Notes under the pieces: generated by a model | The model's database searches: none | The model's input: the letters and a program-made list of their open reading frames with translations, nothing else | Told to the model about the DNA's origin: nothing | From: Eledone cirrhosa | Taxonomy: Eukaryota | Length of the DNA: 64,000 nt | Assembly: GCA_964016885.1 (NCBI GenBank) | Contig: OZ024740.1 | Span: forward strand, 204,786,001 to 204,850,000 | Direction of reading: 5' to 3' | Part shown: positions 1 to 12,409 of the stretch, piece after piece | Layout of the letters: every line of letters starts with the position of its first letter | Position numbering within the stretch: position 1 is the first letter of the stretch | Program-made: the position numbers and the translations under genes

Positions 1-2527
1 AGAGAGAAGGAGACGTATACTGTGTACATGAGGCAAGATGGAGAGGTGCCTCAGCAAGAATACTCACAGGCAAACAACATAGATACAAGCTTTACTGGGG
101 AGGAAATGATGATGGGGTATGCGGTGTAGGCACATTACTAGATGAGGAATGGATAGATAAGGTGATAGAGATAGAGTAAGTGACAGAATTATCAAGCTTA
201 AATTAGCTGTAGGAAATAAGTGACAACTACATCTACCTATGCACCACAGGCAGGACTGAGTAAAGAACAAAAGGACCAGTTTTATGAGGAACCTTTACAG
301 ACAACCTCAATTACTGATGAAAGAGACCTCATCATCTTGGCAGGCAACTTCAATGAACATGTTGGACAGTACCAGGATGGATTCACTGGAGTCCACAACA
401 GCTGTGGTTATGGCTAAAGAAATGAAGAGGGAGTGAGGCTCCTGGAATTCTGTGATTCAAAAGAACTAACAATTTGCAACACAAATTTCAGGAAACAGGC
501 CAGCCAATCAGGCAAAAACATAAGCCAGTTTGATTTCTTACTTATAAGACAACGTGGCTAAGGCCTTTCCTGAAGAAGAATGTATTACCTAACACAAGTT
601 AGTTATTAGTGACATCGGTATAAACACAAGATGGAACAAGATACTCAGGAAAATATGGTGGTTTGGAAGCTAAGAGACCTTTCTGTTAAATATAGGTTTA
701 GAAAAGCTGTATGGGATGCATTTGATGAAAGAAGAGATGAGTTAGATTCACATGACATAGAAGACAATTGGAAATTCTTATGTGACAACCTATTGCAAAC
801 TACTGATGAAACCTGTGGCTAGAACAAAGCACTAACGAGACAGAGGGTGACCTGGTGGAAAAGGGCAGTGGATAGAGCCATTAAAGCTAAGAGACAGGTG
901 TGGAAAGACTGGGAAAATGAGGGTAGCAGAGACCAGTACCAGTTAGCTAAGAGAGAAGCTAGATAACAGGTATATATAGCCCAGAAAGAGGCTAAAAAAG
1001 GAACGTTTGCTAATGTCTTGTGACATGAGGATCAGAGACATGAAGTGTTCCACATTTCAAGGAGTGTGTCAGTGTGAATCAGGATGTTCTTGAGGAAAAG
1101 TGTGTTAGAAATTGCACTGGTGCACTTAACACCACTGATGCCCAAAAGAAAGAGGCCTGGAAATGTTACTGAGAGGCTGATGAATGGGAAGAACAGAGAC
1201 CTCCTACTTACCCAACAGTGGGACCAGCTATTGAAATTGATAGTTATAGGGTCAAAGATGCAATCAAGAAAATGAAGAATGATGAAGCTGAGGGATCATG
1301 AAAGATAGTTTTTAAGATGCTGAAAGCATCTGAAGAAGTAGGAGCCAAATTAGTAATTCACATATAGTCAATCAGGTAATACAGGACAGAGTCATACCTA
1401 ATGACTAGCACAGCAGTACAATCGTAAATTGCTATAAGGGCAAAGATGATGCTCTAGAAAGGAGCAACTACAAGGGAATAAAACTAATGGACCATGTTAT
1501 GAAAATGAGAGAAAGAGTTCTAGCACTGTTAGATGAGATGCAGTTCGGTTCTCTGCCTGGGGAAAGTACTACAGATGCCCTCCTTTTAGTGAGACAACTA
1601 CAAGAGAAGTTCCTAACCAAGACTAAGCTGTTATTTTTAGCTTTTGTTGATCTAAAAAAGACCTTTGACAGAGTACCTCATTCTGTTATCTCATGGTCCT
1701 TAACAAAATTAGGTGTTGATGAATGACTTGTGAGTGCAGTGGAAGCCACGTACAGAGGAGCAGTCAGTAAAGTGAGAGTAGGAAGTGAGTTTAGTAGAAA
1801 TTCAAGGCGCAGGTTCATCAGGGTTCAGTTCTTAGCCCATTGCTATTCATCAGAGCTCTCCAGGCCATAACAGAGAAGTTTAAGACTGGCTGGCCATGGG
1901 AACTTCTCTAGGCAGATAAACTGGTCCTTATAGCTGAATCCAATAAGAGAGTATCAGTGATATAAATCTTTTCCAATCACATGAAAGGTCCATAGAAGTG
2001 GTTGATAGCTTCTGCTATCTAGGTGACCTAATTGGCAGCAGAAGAGGGTAATTCAAGAGCATAATAGCTAGAATAAGGATTGGATGGAAGAAGTCTAGAG
2101 AGCTACTCCCACTATTGACATCAAATGGAGCAGTGACTGCAGAGGACATGCAAAGACTGGAGAGAAATGAAGCAACCATGCGTCATTGGGTATGCAAAAT
2201 AAATGAGAGAGAAAGGCAGAGCATGGATGAACTGAGGGAGAAACTGAGTTTAAGAGGAATCTGAAGTGGTGTGCAGGAGAGAAGATTGCATTGGTACAGA
2301 TATGTGATGTGCATGGATGATGATTGTTGGGTGAAGAGATGCCAAGAAATGCCAGTGGAAGGAAGTTGCAGTAAGTCCTGGGCAGAAGTGGTGATAGCTG
2401 ATCTCAAATTGCTGAGACTCACAGAAATGATGAAGGAACACAGCAAATGGAAGATGCTAAGTTGAAAAGGAGGACCTGCCCAACCCTTGCAAGCATGGAA
2501 AAACAGATGTAAAAACGATGATGATGA
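1..2527 (+). mobile_element. Degenerate RTE-clade LINE (APE + RT remnants, 3' end with (GAT)n tail)
   Basis: Broken ORF pieces show an APE motif ILAGNFNEHVG (220-417), RT motifs LDEMQFGSLPGESTTDA and LAFVDLKKTFDRVP (1487-1726), and C-terminal RRLHWYRYVM (2271-2465). Ends GCATGGAAAAACAGATGTAAAACGATGATGATGAT. Colinear with the intact-frame copy at 62169-63743, with many stops and frameshifts. Confidence 0.9.
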
Positions 2528-3579
2528 TATATACATATGAAGAAATAAGAACTGGGATCAATATGGTTGACTAAATCCCTGTAAGGTGATTCCCCAACAT
2601 TGTCACAGTCTAATGACTGACACCTGTAAATAAATAAAAGAATATCAACATCATCATCATCAACATTATTATCATGACTTAAAGCTTATTTTCCATGTTT
2701 TCATGGATTAGCCATGTTGTCACATTCTGAGGTCTAAACAGGTCAGATGACTGTCTTGCTCACACATTCCAGTCAAGCATGTTTTCTATGGCTCGACTCC
2801 ACTTCATAGTCTTTACTGAGAGCTATTTATCATGATACCCACACTATTACTGGATAAGGTGGACTTGGTGCTTTCTTTCATGACACCAGCACTACCACTT
2901 TACAGAATGGGCTGAGTGCATTTTATTGTGACCCCCAGCACTACCACTTTTCAACACTAGGGTGCTTGTTGTGACATCCTCAGCCAATCTGGGGGAGCAG
3001 TGAGAGAGAGAAGTGATCTTAAAGTGAGTGAGTGGTAACAGGTAGTATGGTACATTGCGGGATGCATCTGTCTTTCCATGCTGTCATGTTTGGAAGCTAA
3101 AGGGGAATCAGTGATGGGAATGGTGGAGTATAAGTAATTGAAAAATCAAACAAATAAATGAAAGTTTGAAGAGGGAATTAAATACATAATTATTTCACCT
3201 GATTACCTTCACCTCTCACATTTCAAATAACTTGTTTACAATTTCCTTACAAACATTACAATAGGAAGTGTGTGAACAGGTATTAGGTTTGCTGGGAGTG
3301 AGAAATATGCACAATCGTTGAGAAAAATAAGATCATGTGACGACATTCAAGCAGTTTTTCAAGGACAACTACCTCATAAAATCTAATTTGATTACTCTTA
3401 TACGCTTGAACCGAAGATCTGACGTTTTCTTTTAGAAATCAATTTATTGAATTTTTAACACTCAATAATTTATTTACAAATCACGTAAGTTGTGTTTTTA
3501 AAACAATAAAAGCGAGTCACACGTGCACACACAACACGTATTATCATTTGTTTATCCAAACTGGAAAGAGTTGGATAGT

Positions 3580-4570
3580 ATCATCTTCACCATCTTCCAC
3601 GCTAGCATGGGTTAGACAGGTTTGTCCCACTTGAAGCAGGATTGGTCAGGTGACCATGTCTCGCTCATATAGAACTGTATCTCACTGGTTTTCTATGACT
3701 GGATGCTCTTCCTAACATCAACCACATTTAGAGTGTGGACTGGGAGCTTTTTTACCATGTCTCCTATACGACCACTTTACAGTGTGGACTGGATGTTCTG
3801 TGGTACCAACATAACTTTACAGAGAAAGGGTGGTGTGAGCAGAAGTGGGAGGATAGAGTAGGAGGGTGTAGGGTGGGGTGTATATTGGGTAAAGAGGTGC
3901 CTACTGACTGTAGGTTTAAGTTCGTACGTAAGGGAAGGCGGGTCTTCTGTATTACTGCATAACGCCAAAGATCTCGACCTAGTGACATTGTCTTAGAGAG
4001 GTGTAAGTGTGCAAGGTCAGTGTTTATCACCTCATCCCAGGTTTTTCTGGGTCTACCTACTCTGTGGCTTCCATCAATTTTGATCGCCCTGCACTTTTTT
4101 ATACAGCTGCCGTCCTTCATACGCATCACATGACCATACCAATGTAATCTCCTCTCAAGTAAACTGCATCTAATCCCTCTTATTCCTAATTTCTCACTTA
4201 GTTTGTTTATGTTTTGCTGTTTGTGTATATTACTATAACATATCCATTGGAGCATGCATGCTTCGTTCCTTTCCAATCTGCGCAAACCCTCTGCACACAA
4301 TGCTCAGGTTTCACTGCCATGTAACATTGCTGTTCGTATACAAGTATCATATAATCTGCCTTTCATTATTAGAGAGAAACAGGGTCGATAAAATAAAGTA
4401 CCAGTAATACACTGGGTAATTGGTGGCCTTGTGCCTAACGTAGAAACAATTATTAGAGAGAAACCTTTTGTGGCCAACAACAGTATTAGCTCTCTGAACT
4501 TTTTCCATCCCATTCTTACTCTGGCTACTGTATTTTCAGAGCACCCTCCTCCACTGCTGATTTTGTCACA
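3580..4570 (-). mobile_element. 5'-truncated RTE LINE 3' fragment
   Basis: ORFs 4304-4513 and 3764-4300 (GWKKFREL..GRLYDTCIRTAMLHGSET, ERRLHWYGHVMRM, GRPRKTW, RDLWR) closely match the C-terminus of the 62169-63743 protein. The 3' UTR resembles 61666-62160. Confidence 0.92.
4381..4448 (+). mobile_element. 5'-truncated SINE nested in the RTE fragment, 16-bp TSD
   Basis: Matches the 3' part of the SINE at 6272-6459 and is flanked by ATTATTAGAGAGAAAC at 4365-4380 and 4449-4464. The paralogous RTE at ~62600 shows the empty site. Confidence 0.9.
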
Positions 4571-5737
4571 CCATTTATGTTGAGTGGTTTACTAATGGGT
4601 TGATCTGGTCATTCCAATTAGCAAGACATGGTCTTCCAGTTAGCTAACCTAACTCATGACCCACCCACCAAATTTGGCAAACCAAACATGGACCAGCCAC
4701 TTTGCCAAACTCAGCAAACCAAACATGGACCACAAAAGCCACTGTTTAACATGCATTTTCCATGTTTACATGTGTTAGACAGGTTGTCATGTTCTGAGAC
4801 TAGAGTGATCAGGTGACTACATCTTGCTTGTATGCACTGTTTTTGGTTTGGTTTCTATACAGGATGCTCATCCTAACACCAAATGCTATACAGCATACAT
4901 TGGGAGCATTTCATCATGGTACCAGTGCTACCACCTTGGTTGTCACACATGAAGTAACACCTTACAGGGTAGACTGGGTGATTTTCTTCATGGTACCAGC
5001 AGTACTAGCTTATAAGGTGAACTAGCTGCTTTTTATTGTGTCACCAGCACAACTACTTTACAAGGGGTTCTAAGTCCATTATATTGTGGCACCAGTGCTA
5101 CCTCATTATTAAAAACACTAGGGTGCTTTTTGTGTCCTTGGTCAGACTGGGGAAACATTAATGAGAGGGGTGTAAAACTAACATGCTGATTGCCAGGAGA
5201 GGGTATTCACACACATACACATTATATATTCATTTGAAGCCATGTATTTCATCACAAGGTATATGTGTGTGTATGTGTATACATACACATACATTACTAT
5301 GTATAGTTGTTAACATTAGGAAGAGCATACGGCTGTAGAAATTGTGCCGAAAATAGAACAGATTGGCAATCTGTCCAGCCCATGCTAACATGGAAAGCGG
5401 ATGTAAAATGATGATGATGTTGATATATATATATCATCATCATCATCACCGTTTAACCTCTATTTTTCATGCTTGCATGGGTTACATGAGCTGGCATGTG
5501 TGGTGTGGTGTGTTTTTTGAGTAAGATGCTTCAATTCTCATTGCGTTGAATGATTGGACTGGGGCATCTAGCATTAAAACACACATCTCCTATGAGATAC
5601 ATCCTCATAGGAGGCCAACTAAATGTGTATAGGTGGGAACGGTAAATTTAATGACTGAAACATGTAAAACTATAAAAGATATCATTATCATCCTCATGTA
5701 ACATTTATCTTAATCTACTAGCAAGGATTTGATTCCA

Positions 5738-5900
5738 TATATACATATATATATATATATATACATACATACATACATATATATATAGCCCCACATATAT
5801 ATATATATATATATATACATACATACATACATATATATACATACATACATACATATATATACATACATACATATATATATATACATACATACATATATAT
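5738..5900. repeat. (TA)n/(TACA)n compound microsatellite
   Basis: Direct reading. Confidence 0.95.
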
Positions 5901-6076
5901 ACAGCCCCACACTGTAAATGTGGTTGGTGTTAGGAAGGGCATCCAACTGTAGAAAACCCGCCAGACAGTCCTATGCGAGCAAGACAACCACTCTTGCCTC
6001 AAGTGGGAAAACCCCCGTCCAAACCCATGCAAGCGTGGAACACGGACGCTAAACCTGATGATGATGATGATGATGA
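5901..6076 (+). mobile_element. Young RTE LINE 3'-terminal fragment with (GAT)n tail
   Basis: Near-identical reverse complement of 61666-61840. Ends in GATGATGATGAT. Confidence 0.9.
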
Positions 6077-6271
6077 TATGGTAGATATGTGTACAACCAT
6101 AATCATAGGCGGTTCACCAGTGAAAGCACTCATTGCTGTTATGTAGGTCTGTCTCGTGTGGAGTTTATATTTCAGTGTACTCCAGGGTTAAGGGCGGCTG
6201 TAATATGCAGAGTGTAAATACAGTTGAATGTGTTCTGTGTCTATGAACTAGAACTATTATTTATGGTACAA

Positions 6272-6459
6272 GGGCGGGGGATGGGCAGTATTGGTAGAGG
6301 GTCGGACGCCATGCTTTGCAGCAAAGAGTTACGTCCCTTTATGGTCTGAGTTCAAATCTCGCCGAGGTTAACTTTGCCTTTCATCCTTACGGGGTCGATA
6401 AAATAAAGCACCAGTAATACACTGGGATAATTGCTGGCCTTGTGCCTAAAGTAGAAACA
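6272..6459 (+). mobile_element. Full-length tRNA-derived SINE (central domain resembling Meta-type SINEs), 16-bp TSD
   Basis: A-box-like GGGCAGTATTGG, B-box GAGTTCAAATC, core TTTGCCTTTCATCCTTACGGGGTCGATAAAATAAAGCACCAG. TSD ATTATTTATGGTACAA at 6256-6271 and 6460-6475. The superfamily name is from memory and unverified. Confidence 0.88.
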
Positions 6460-7699
6460 ATTATTTATGGTACAACCTTGACTTCATTTCTGCTTACTTG
6501 TATATAGTAGTAATAGTAGTAAAGGGTGCAATTGGATTGCGTTCACAGACAGTATGGCAAGATGAGCACTCGATGCTATTGGGGAGCAGAGTATCAATAT
6601 TAAATAGGGACATTTGGATGTGAGTCTACATGTGAAAGCACATGTCTGAGGAGCTTTTGATTCCAGAGCCAGGAACAAACATAATTGATCATTCCTCGAG
6701 CTGATCGGCATTGAAACATATGTAATATGTGATTAAATATGTATGTGATTCTTTGTTCCCTATTTATTATGTGTGTGTGTGTTTACTCAAACCTCTTCAC
6801 ACTTTCCTATGATGTTCATTTTTCTTTTTCACTTGTTGTCACCACTGTCTTGGGAAAGCATCCCACGAGGTCATTTACAGTTTATCAAAGATAACACTTT
6901 CTTCATCCCATTCTGTTCTCATTTCTCAATAGAGAAATATCACACGGAGTTGCTCTAGCAAGTAAGCAGAGAGATGTAGCTCTTAGCCAAAAACTCCAGC
7001 CCTCTCGACAGAGTTGGCACCTCAATAAAATTTAGTTCAATGCATCTTGTCAGATTACTACTGCATTCACACAAACCAACCGCATATACATCAATCACTT
7101 GGTTCCTTGTTGTGTCAGGTCATGGGAGTGATCTTGAAGCAAGTGGATGGTGTCTGACATATTGCAGGGTGTGTCTGGAATCCCTTGATGGCCTAGATGT
7201 GTATGCTACTTGCAGGGGTAGAAGAATGGGATATGCATCTGATCATGGGTGTGGCTTTAGAATAAGTTGGTGGGTTGGTGGTGTCAGACATTGTGGGGTG
7301 TATCAGGTGCTGGAAAGGTTCAGGAGAGAAGGGGAATTAGTTAAGGTTTGTCCTAGCTTTCCTAATTAGCATGGGTTAATCAAAGAAGTCAGGAGTATAT
7401 GGCAGGGAAAGGCTCAGAAAGTAGTTACATTTTTCTGCTTTTTTAGATTTAGTAGGGTGGAGGAAGGGGATTAGGAGCATGTTGACAAGTATATGTATAC
7501 ACAACCACATTTACAGTGTGTGCCGGGGGGGCCTTTTGTCGTGACTCCTACACAACCACTTTACAGTGTGGACTGGGTGCTGTTTGTCATGATACCCATA
7601 CAACCACTTTACTGTGTGTGCTGGGTATTTTTTGTCATGACACCTACATGGCCATGATTGCTAGAAAAACACATACAGGAGAAAGAGAAATACCAAAGA

Positions 7700-8040
7700 A
7701 GCTATGGTGTAGTAGTTAGTATGAGCCTGATAAGGTTGATACAATATAAGTGATAAGAAGAGAGGAAACATGTGAGATGATTATGCCCAAGTGGAAGTGA
7801 AACAAGAGCAGCCAGTGAATTCCAAGGAGCAAAAGCAACTGTAGCTAGTGGCAGAAGAGATGGAGAGAAAACAGTACAACTGAAATTCAGGCTTTCGAGT
7901 GTTTTGGATGCGATCAAGTATATTTTTGTAAGTAACAGCAACACCACTTCAGATATGGGAGCAGTTTTCCATTGTGGGTCTCACCAGAGCTTTGTTAAGG
8001 GCTTTGTTGGAGATTGAAGAAGTATTTTCTGACCCCAAAG
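7700..8040 (-). mobile_element. Old CR1/Jockey-group LINE C-terminal fragment
   Basis: Minus strand reads KALVRPTMENCSHI*SGVA..ILDRIQN, the YKxxIRPxMEYCSxIW thumb motif of these clades. Confidence 0.6.
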
Positions 8041-8769
8041 AAAGCCAGACTTTGTATTACTGTCTTTCATCATCATCATTTAACATCCATTTTCCTTGCT
8101 AGCAAGGTTTAGACATTTCATCACAGACCAAGTGAGTACTTATGCAACTATTGACTTCTTAGATGAGCTGGTGGCCTGCATCTCACTCATACATTCCCAC
8201 AGTCTACACTGTTCACTGTGTGCATTTTTAATATGGTACCCTTTTGGATGTCAGTGTGCTCGCTGACATTCCTGCATTCTACCATGAGAATCTTATCCTG
8301 GCACCAACACTAGAGGGGGGGGGGGTTGTCATGTCTTTGACACAACTGAACAGTCCTCCAGACCCTTTGTTTGGCAGGTTTTCTATTGTTGGATACACAC
8401 TTCTCATGTTGAATGTGTGAGTTTGCCAGATGTTCTCATTGATGAGTAGGCCTAACATTTGTAGCGACTTGGAGAGTTTTAACAACATATTCTTTATGTT
8501 TAGAGATGGTGAGATGAAACAATGTTTTTTGTTTAAGTGTAGTGATTGTGTATTTGTGCCTTTGAAGATCAAATTGATGTAAACAAATTGGATGCTTTCG
8601 AGGTCTCTATTCACAAAGTCAGTGTAGTATTGGTGTGGGGGTATCTTGGCTGCACGTGGATGACACTTGGTTGAGAATGGTTAGGGAAGCATGAAGAGTA
8701 GAAGGAAGATTATGATGAACAAAACTGAATTTTGGGGTACAGTAGAGTTGATAGGGTGTAGGTTGAAGA

Positions 8770-9007
8770 GAGCTCTCCTTATTTGACCCCATCCGACTAT
8801 CATCTGTTCCCCAACCTGAAAAAACACATGGCTGGGAACCAGTATCGCAGAATGAAAGCTTCTTCACCAATGGGATCTAAGCACGGCAACGCCGGTAGAA
8901 GTGTACGTACGGACCGCAAGGGGGACTATGTTGAAAAATAATCCTCATTTGGACACATTTCATGAGAGTATCTTGGGCAGCCTATAACTTTTCAGCCGGC
9001 ATTCGTA
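8770..9007 (+). mobile_element. mariner transposase 3' fragment and right TIR
   Basis: SPYLTPSDYHLFPNLKKHMAG (YSPDLAPSDYHLF motif) and GDYVEK* at ~8921-8941, followed by a TIR-like end CTTTTCAGCCGGCATTCG-TA. Confidence 0.8.
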
Positions 9008-10135
9008 GTTGTATGGATAAGCGGAAAAGTGGGGGCAGGTGGCTATGGTGTATACAGAGCATACCGTTCTCACTTTAGCAAATTTCTGTCTATTTATTTC
9101 ATATATTTGCAGTTCCATAATATAAACGTATGGTAGTGGTCGAACACAGACCAACTTGATTATTTATATATATGTTCGTTTGTTAAAAATTATCATTGCC
9201 ATAACAATATTCTCTTCCATTTGTTTAAAATTCCTATTTTTAGAATTATTGTTATTAATATCATCCATTTGTTTACAAAAAGTGAAAACGGTCCGTTTAC
9301 CGCCACCCCTCCTCCTCTTCTCTCCCTCCAACCCAAAATGTGCACTACGACGATACGGGACAGAGGAACACGGACATTCGCTGGTAAGCATTAATGCTGT
9401 TCCTCGGGACTTTCTAGAAGGAACAATCAATACAGTTGGGACTGAGATCGTGATCCCCAGTCGAGAGCTGATGAAAGCAAAGTCCCTGTTCGCAAAATAT
9501 ATCACACACACACATATATATATATACCAATGCATTGAAAACAACGAATGTATTGTATGCTCTTCGTCCTTGTGTAATTTATTTGATAAGAGAGTTGGGA
9601 TGTGAGAGGGTATAAAAAACTGGTTAGCCAGCAAAGCATGGTAGTAAAAGCATTGGTGATTAGTTGTAGTAGTAGTAAAGCATCACGTTGTGAACAAAGA
9701 AACAGAACGACATAGCGATAGCATGCTGGGCATCATATTTTATTTAAATGAGGTAAACAGTCACGTGACACTCTACGTGCTGCTATTAGCAACCTCCTTC
9801 TCCTCCAACCATGTTTACTTATCAACCTCCCCCTCGCATATTTATTCACACAGCAACCTCCTCCTCTTCCTCTCATACTTCTTTAGCATCTCCCCTTCGC
9901 ATATTTATTCACGCAGCAACCTCCTCCTCTCATACTTCTTTAGCATTTCCCCCTCCCATCTTTACTCACTTACCAACCCTTCTCCCTTCCGTGATGACTA
10001 CATACCTCCTTCATTTCGTCTCGCTTTTTAAATACGGCAAAATTTAAATTAAATATATTCATATTAAATTTAATTCTATAATCATTCTATTATCACAATC
10101 AATTCACATGTGCAATTGCATTACATATATATGCC

Positions 10136-10171
<36 letters not shown>

Positions 10172-10250
10172 AGTCCTGGGTTCAATCGGGGGTAACCACA
10201 GTTAGTAAGGTACTATGATTTCTTTTGAATGAACAGTTCTAGTCCTGTAA
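10172..10250. mobile_element. Rearranged fragment of the Penelope-like pLTR family seen at 11637-11830
   Basis: 10175-10212 is the reverse complement of ~11787-11825. 10214-10249 matches the 11706-11742 segment in direct orientation. Lies between microsatellite tracts. Confidence 0.6.
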
Positions 10251-10742
10251 ACATGATATATATATATATAATATGTGAGTGAGTGTGTATGCACACGGCC
10301 ATCATGTCGTGGGTGAATTCTGGACCGGGGAGGGGCGTAGTTTTCTTGAGCAAAACACTTCATTTCACTTTGTTCCTGTCAACAACTCAGCTCACAACAG
10401 CTGGGGTTAACTGTACGATAAATTAGAGTCATGTCCAAAGGGGAAGTTTTACTCTCAGTCGCTCGATGAGCCTCCGTTACTTATGGCTTTACTCTCGGGG
10501 AATTGCAAAGCAATGAAAAAATACTCGATGTCGTTAGTAGAGTAGAATCATATTTATTTAAAGCTGAGTCGCTATACGGAATTTCTCGTTACCACTCCCT
10601 ACCCTGTGTAGATAGTAGATAAGGAGTTTGCTCTGAAACCACGTGCTTAACGAGTTCAGTGGCATCTACAATAGTCTGGGGTTTGACCAATGCCCTTGAG
10701 TGAAATTTGGTAGACAGAAACTGTGTGGAAGCCCGTCGTATG

Positions 10743-10790
<48 letters not shown>

Positions 10791-11394
10791 TAGATAGATA
10801 TATAGATAGATAGATAGAGAGAGAAAAAAAACGATTATTAGGAAGAAAAACTTTTTTTTTGTCTCTCGGTATTCGCAGGGGTTAAGTTCCCAGAGCACCC
10901 ACGAATATTGGACGTGGTCCATAAAAATGCCTATAAACGTCAAAACAATGTAAAATATAGGCCAGCAAATAAGGTATATTGTTATTAATAATTTAGCGTT
11001 ACAAAATATATATTGCCACGAAAATAGCCATTAAAAAAATCGCGGAAATATTTACGATGACGCGCTGATTTCCACAAACAATTATTCCGCGAATAAGCGA
11101 GACAGCGAATGCCGGGAGTACATTGTGTATATAGGGGGGCGGGGCGTATTTTTTGCGTGTTTATGTTTAAGTTTACTGTTTGTTTATGCCGGGTAACTCA
11201 GCGGTTCAACAAAAGAGGTAGATAGAATAAGTAGCAGAGTTGAAAATATATGACTAGGGTCGATATGATCGCCTAAATCCTTTCGAGGCGGTGACTCCGG
11301 CATGGCCGCAGTCTAATAACTAAAACAAATCAAACTAATGTTAATTTCTATATATATTAAAACAGATTTTACTGTGACGATGACAGTCTAGATT

Positions 11395-11560
11395 GTGGAT
11401 TGGCAGAATCGGTAGAGCGCCGGCAGTGCGGTAATTGTTCTAAGTTCAAATCTCGCTAAACTTTGCATTTCATCCTTTCGGGGAAAGATAAAATAAAATA
11501 TTAGTCGAGACCAATATAATTGGATATTTCTACCCACCTAACTGGCCTTGCGCTTATGTT
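11395..11560 (+). mobile_element. Diverged SINE copy (same family as 6272-6459)
   Basis: TGGCAGAATCGGTAGAGCG head, GTTCAAATC B-box, TTTCATCCTTTCGGGG core. Confidence 0.75.
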
Positions 11561-11591
11561 AAGGATTCTGCTCTCTCTCTCTCTATCTCTA

Positions 11592-11636
<45 letters not shown>

Positions 11637-11640
<4 letters not shown>

Positions 11641-11764
11641 TTAATATAGATGAGATTCTACAGGACTAGAACTGTTTCATTCTTTAGAAATCATCAGGAA
11701 TCTCTGATGATTTCTAAAGAATGAAACAGTTCTAGTCCTGTAGAATCTCATCTATATTAAAACT
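11637..11764. repeat. Perfect 61-bp inverted repeat with 6-nt spacer (Penelope pLTR-like fold-back)
   Basis: 11637-11697 is the exact reverse complement of 11704-11764. The right arm begins CTGATGA..GAAA (hammerhead-core-like). Bounded by (TA)n. Confidence 0.9.
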
Positions 11765-11830
11765 TTTATACTCTGCAATGTATTGGGTACCTTACTTACT
11801 GTGGTTACCTCCGATTCAACCCGGAATAAC

Positions 11831-11897
<67 letters not shown>

Positions 11898-11980
11898 AGC
11901 AGAAGGTTCAGTAAAACCGTAGAAAAGTGGTGAGAGTACCAAAGTCAGCACTCAATGCTGGAACAGAGTGTATATATATA

Positions 11981-12081
11981 TACACTGTGTCCAAACAAAA
12001 TGTATACACACTTTGATTACCTGTACAGGCAATGTTTATTAGTGCTGTTGAAGTGTGTATGCATTTTGGGAGGAGACTGTA
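11981..12081. mobile_element. ~100-bp Tc1/mariner-type MITE
   Basis: TA-flanked, with imperfect TIRs (CACTGTGTCC..AAAATGTATACACACTT / AAGTGTGTATGCATTTTGGG..CTG). Second copy at 37165-37269. Confidence 0.65.
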
Positions 12082-12366
12082 TGTATATATACATATATGG
12101 AAAAGAATGAAATGAAATTTCATTTCTCACTCTTAGTACAGCTGATACTTAAATATAAGTATGTATACGTTCATACATATATGTATACAGACGTACAGTA
12201 GTATGTATATACATACATGCACACATATATATATATATATATATGTACGTATGGGTTTACCGAACATTTATTATAATGTTCGGTTTGTTTGTAAATAAAC
12301 AGCCTGAATTAAGCCGTACAGTGTTCGGCAACCATCGTCGCCCTTTTGTTCAACAGTGACAAAGGA

Positions 12367-12409
12367 ACGATGAACTAGTTTCAAGCTTATTAGCTATCGT
12401 CAGCATCGT
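12367..12409 (-). ncRNA. Minimal type-I hammerhead ribozyme (Penelope-associated)
   Basis: Minus strand ACGAUG-CUGACGA-U-AGCU-AAUA-AGCU-U-GAAA-CUAG-UU-CAUCGU: 6-bp stem I, conserved core, 4-bp stem II, palindromic ACUAGU stem III, GUU cleavage triplet. Confidence 0.8.

Noticed and set aside
5705-6032. YIYMYVC-type ORFs (also 31137-31396, 39915-40322, 45353-45649)
   Set aside because: Microsatellite/minisatellite translations.
9502-9639. Minus-strand peptide containing IRCFQC (Ly6/three-finger-like start)
   Set aside because: No credible signal peptide, the frame runs into a microsatellite, and no further Cys-pattern exon was found.
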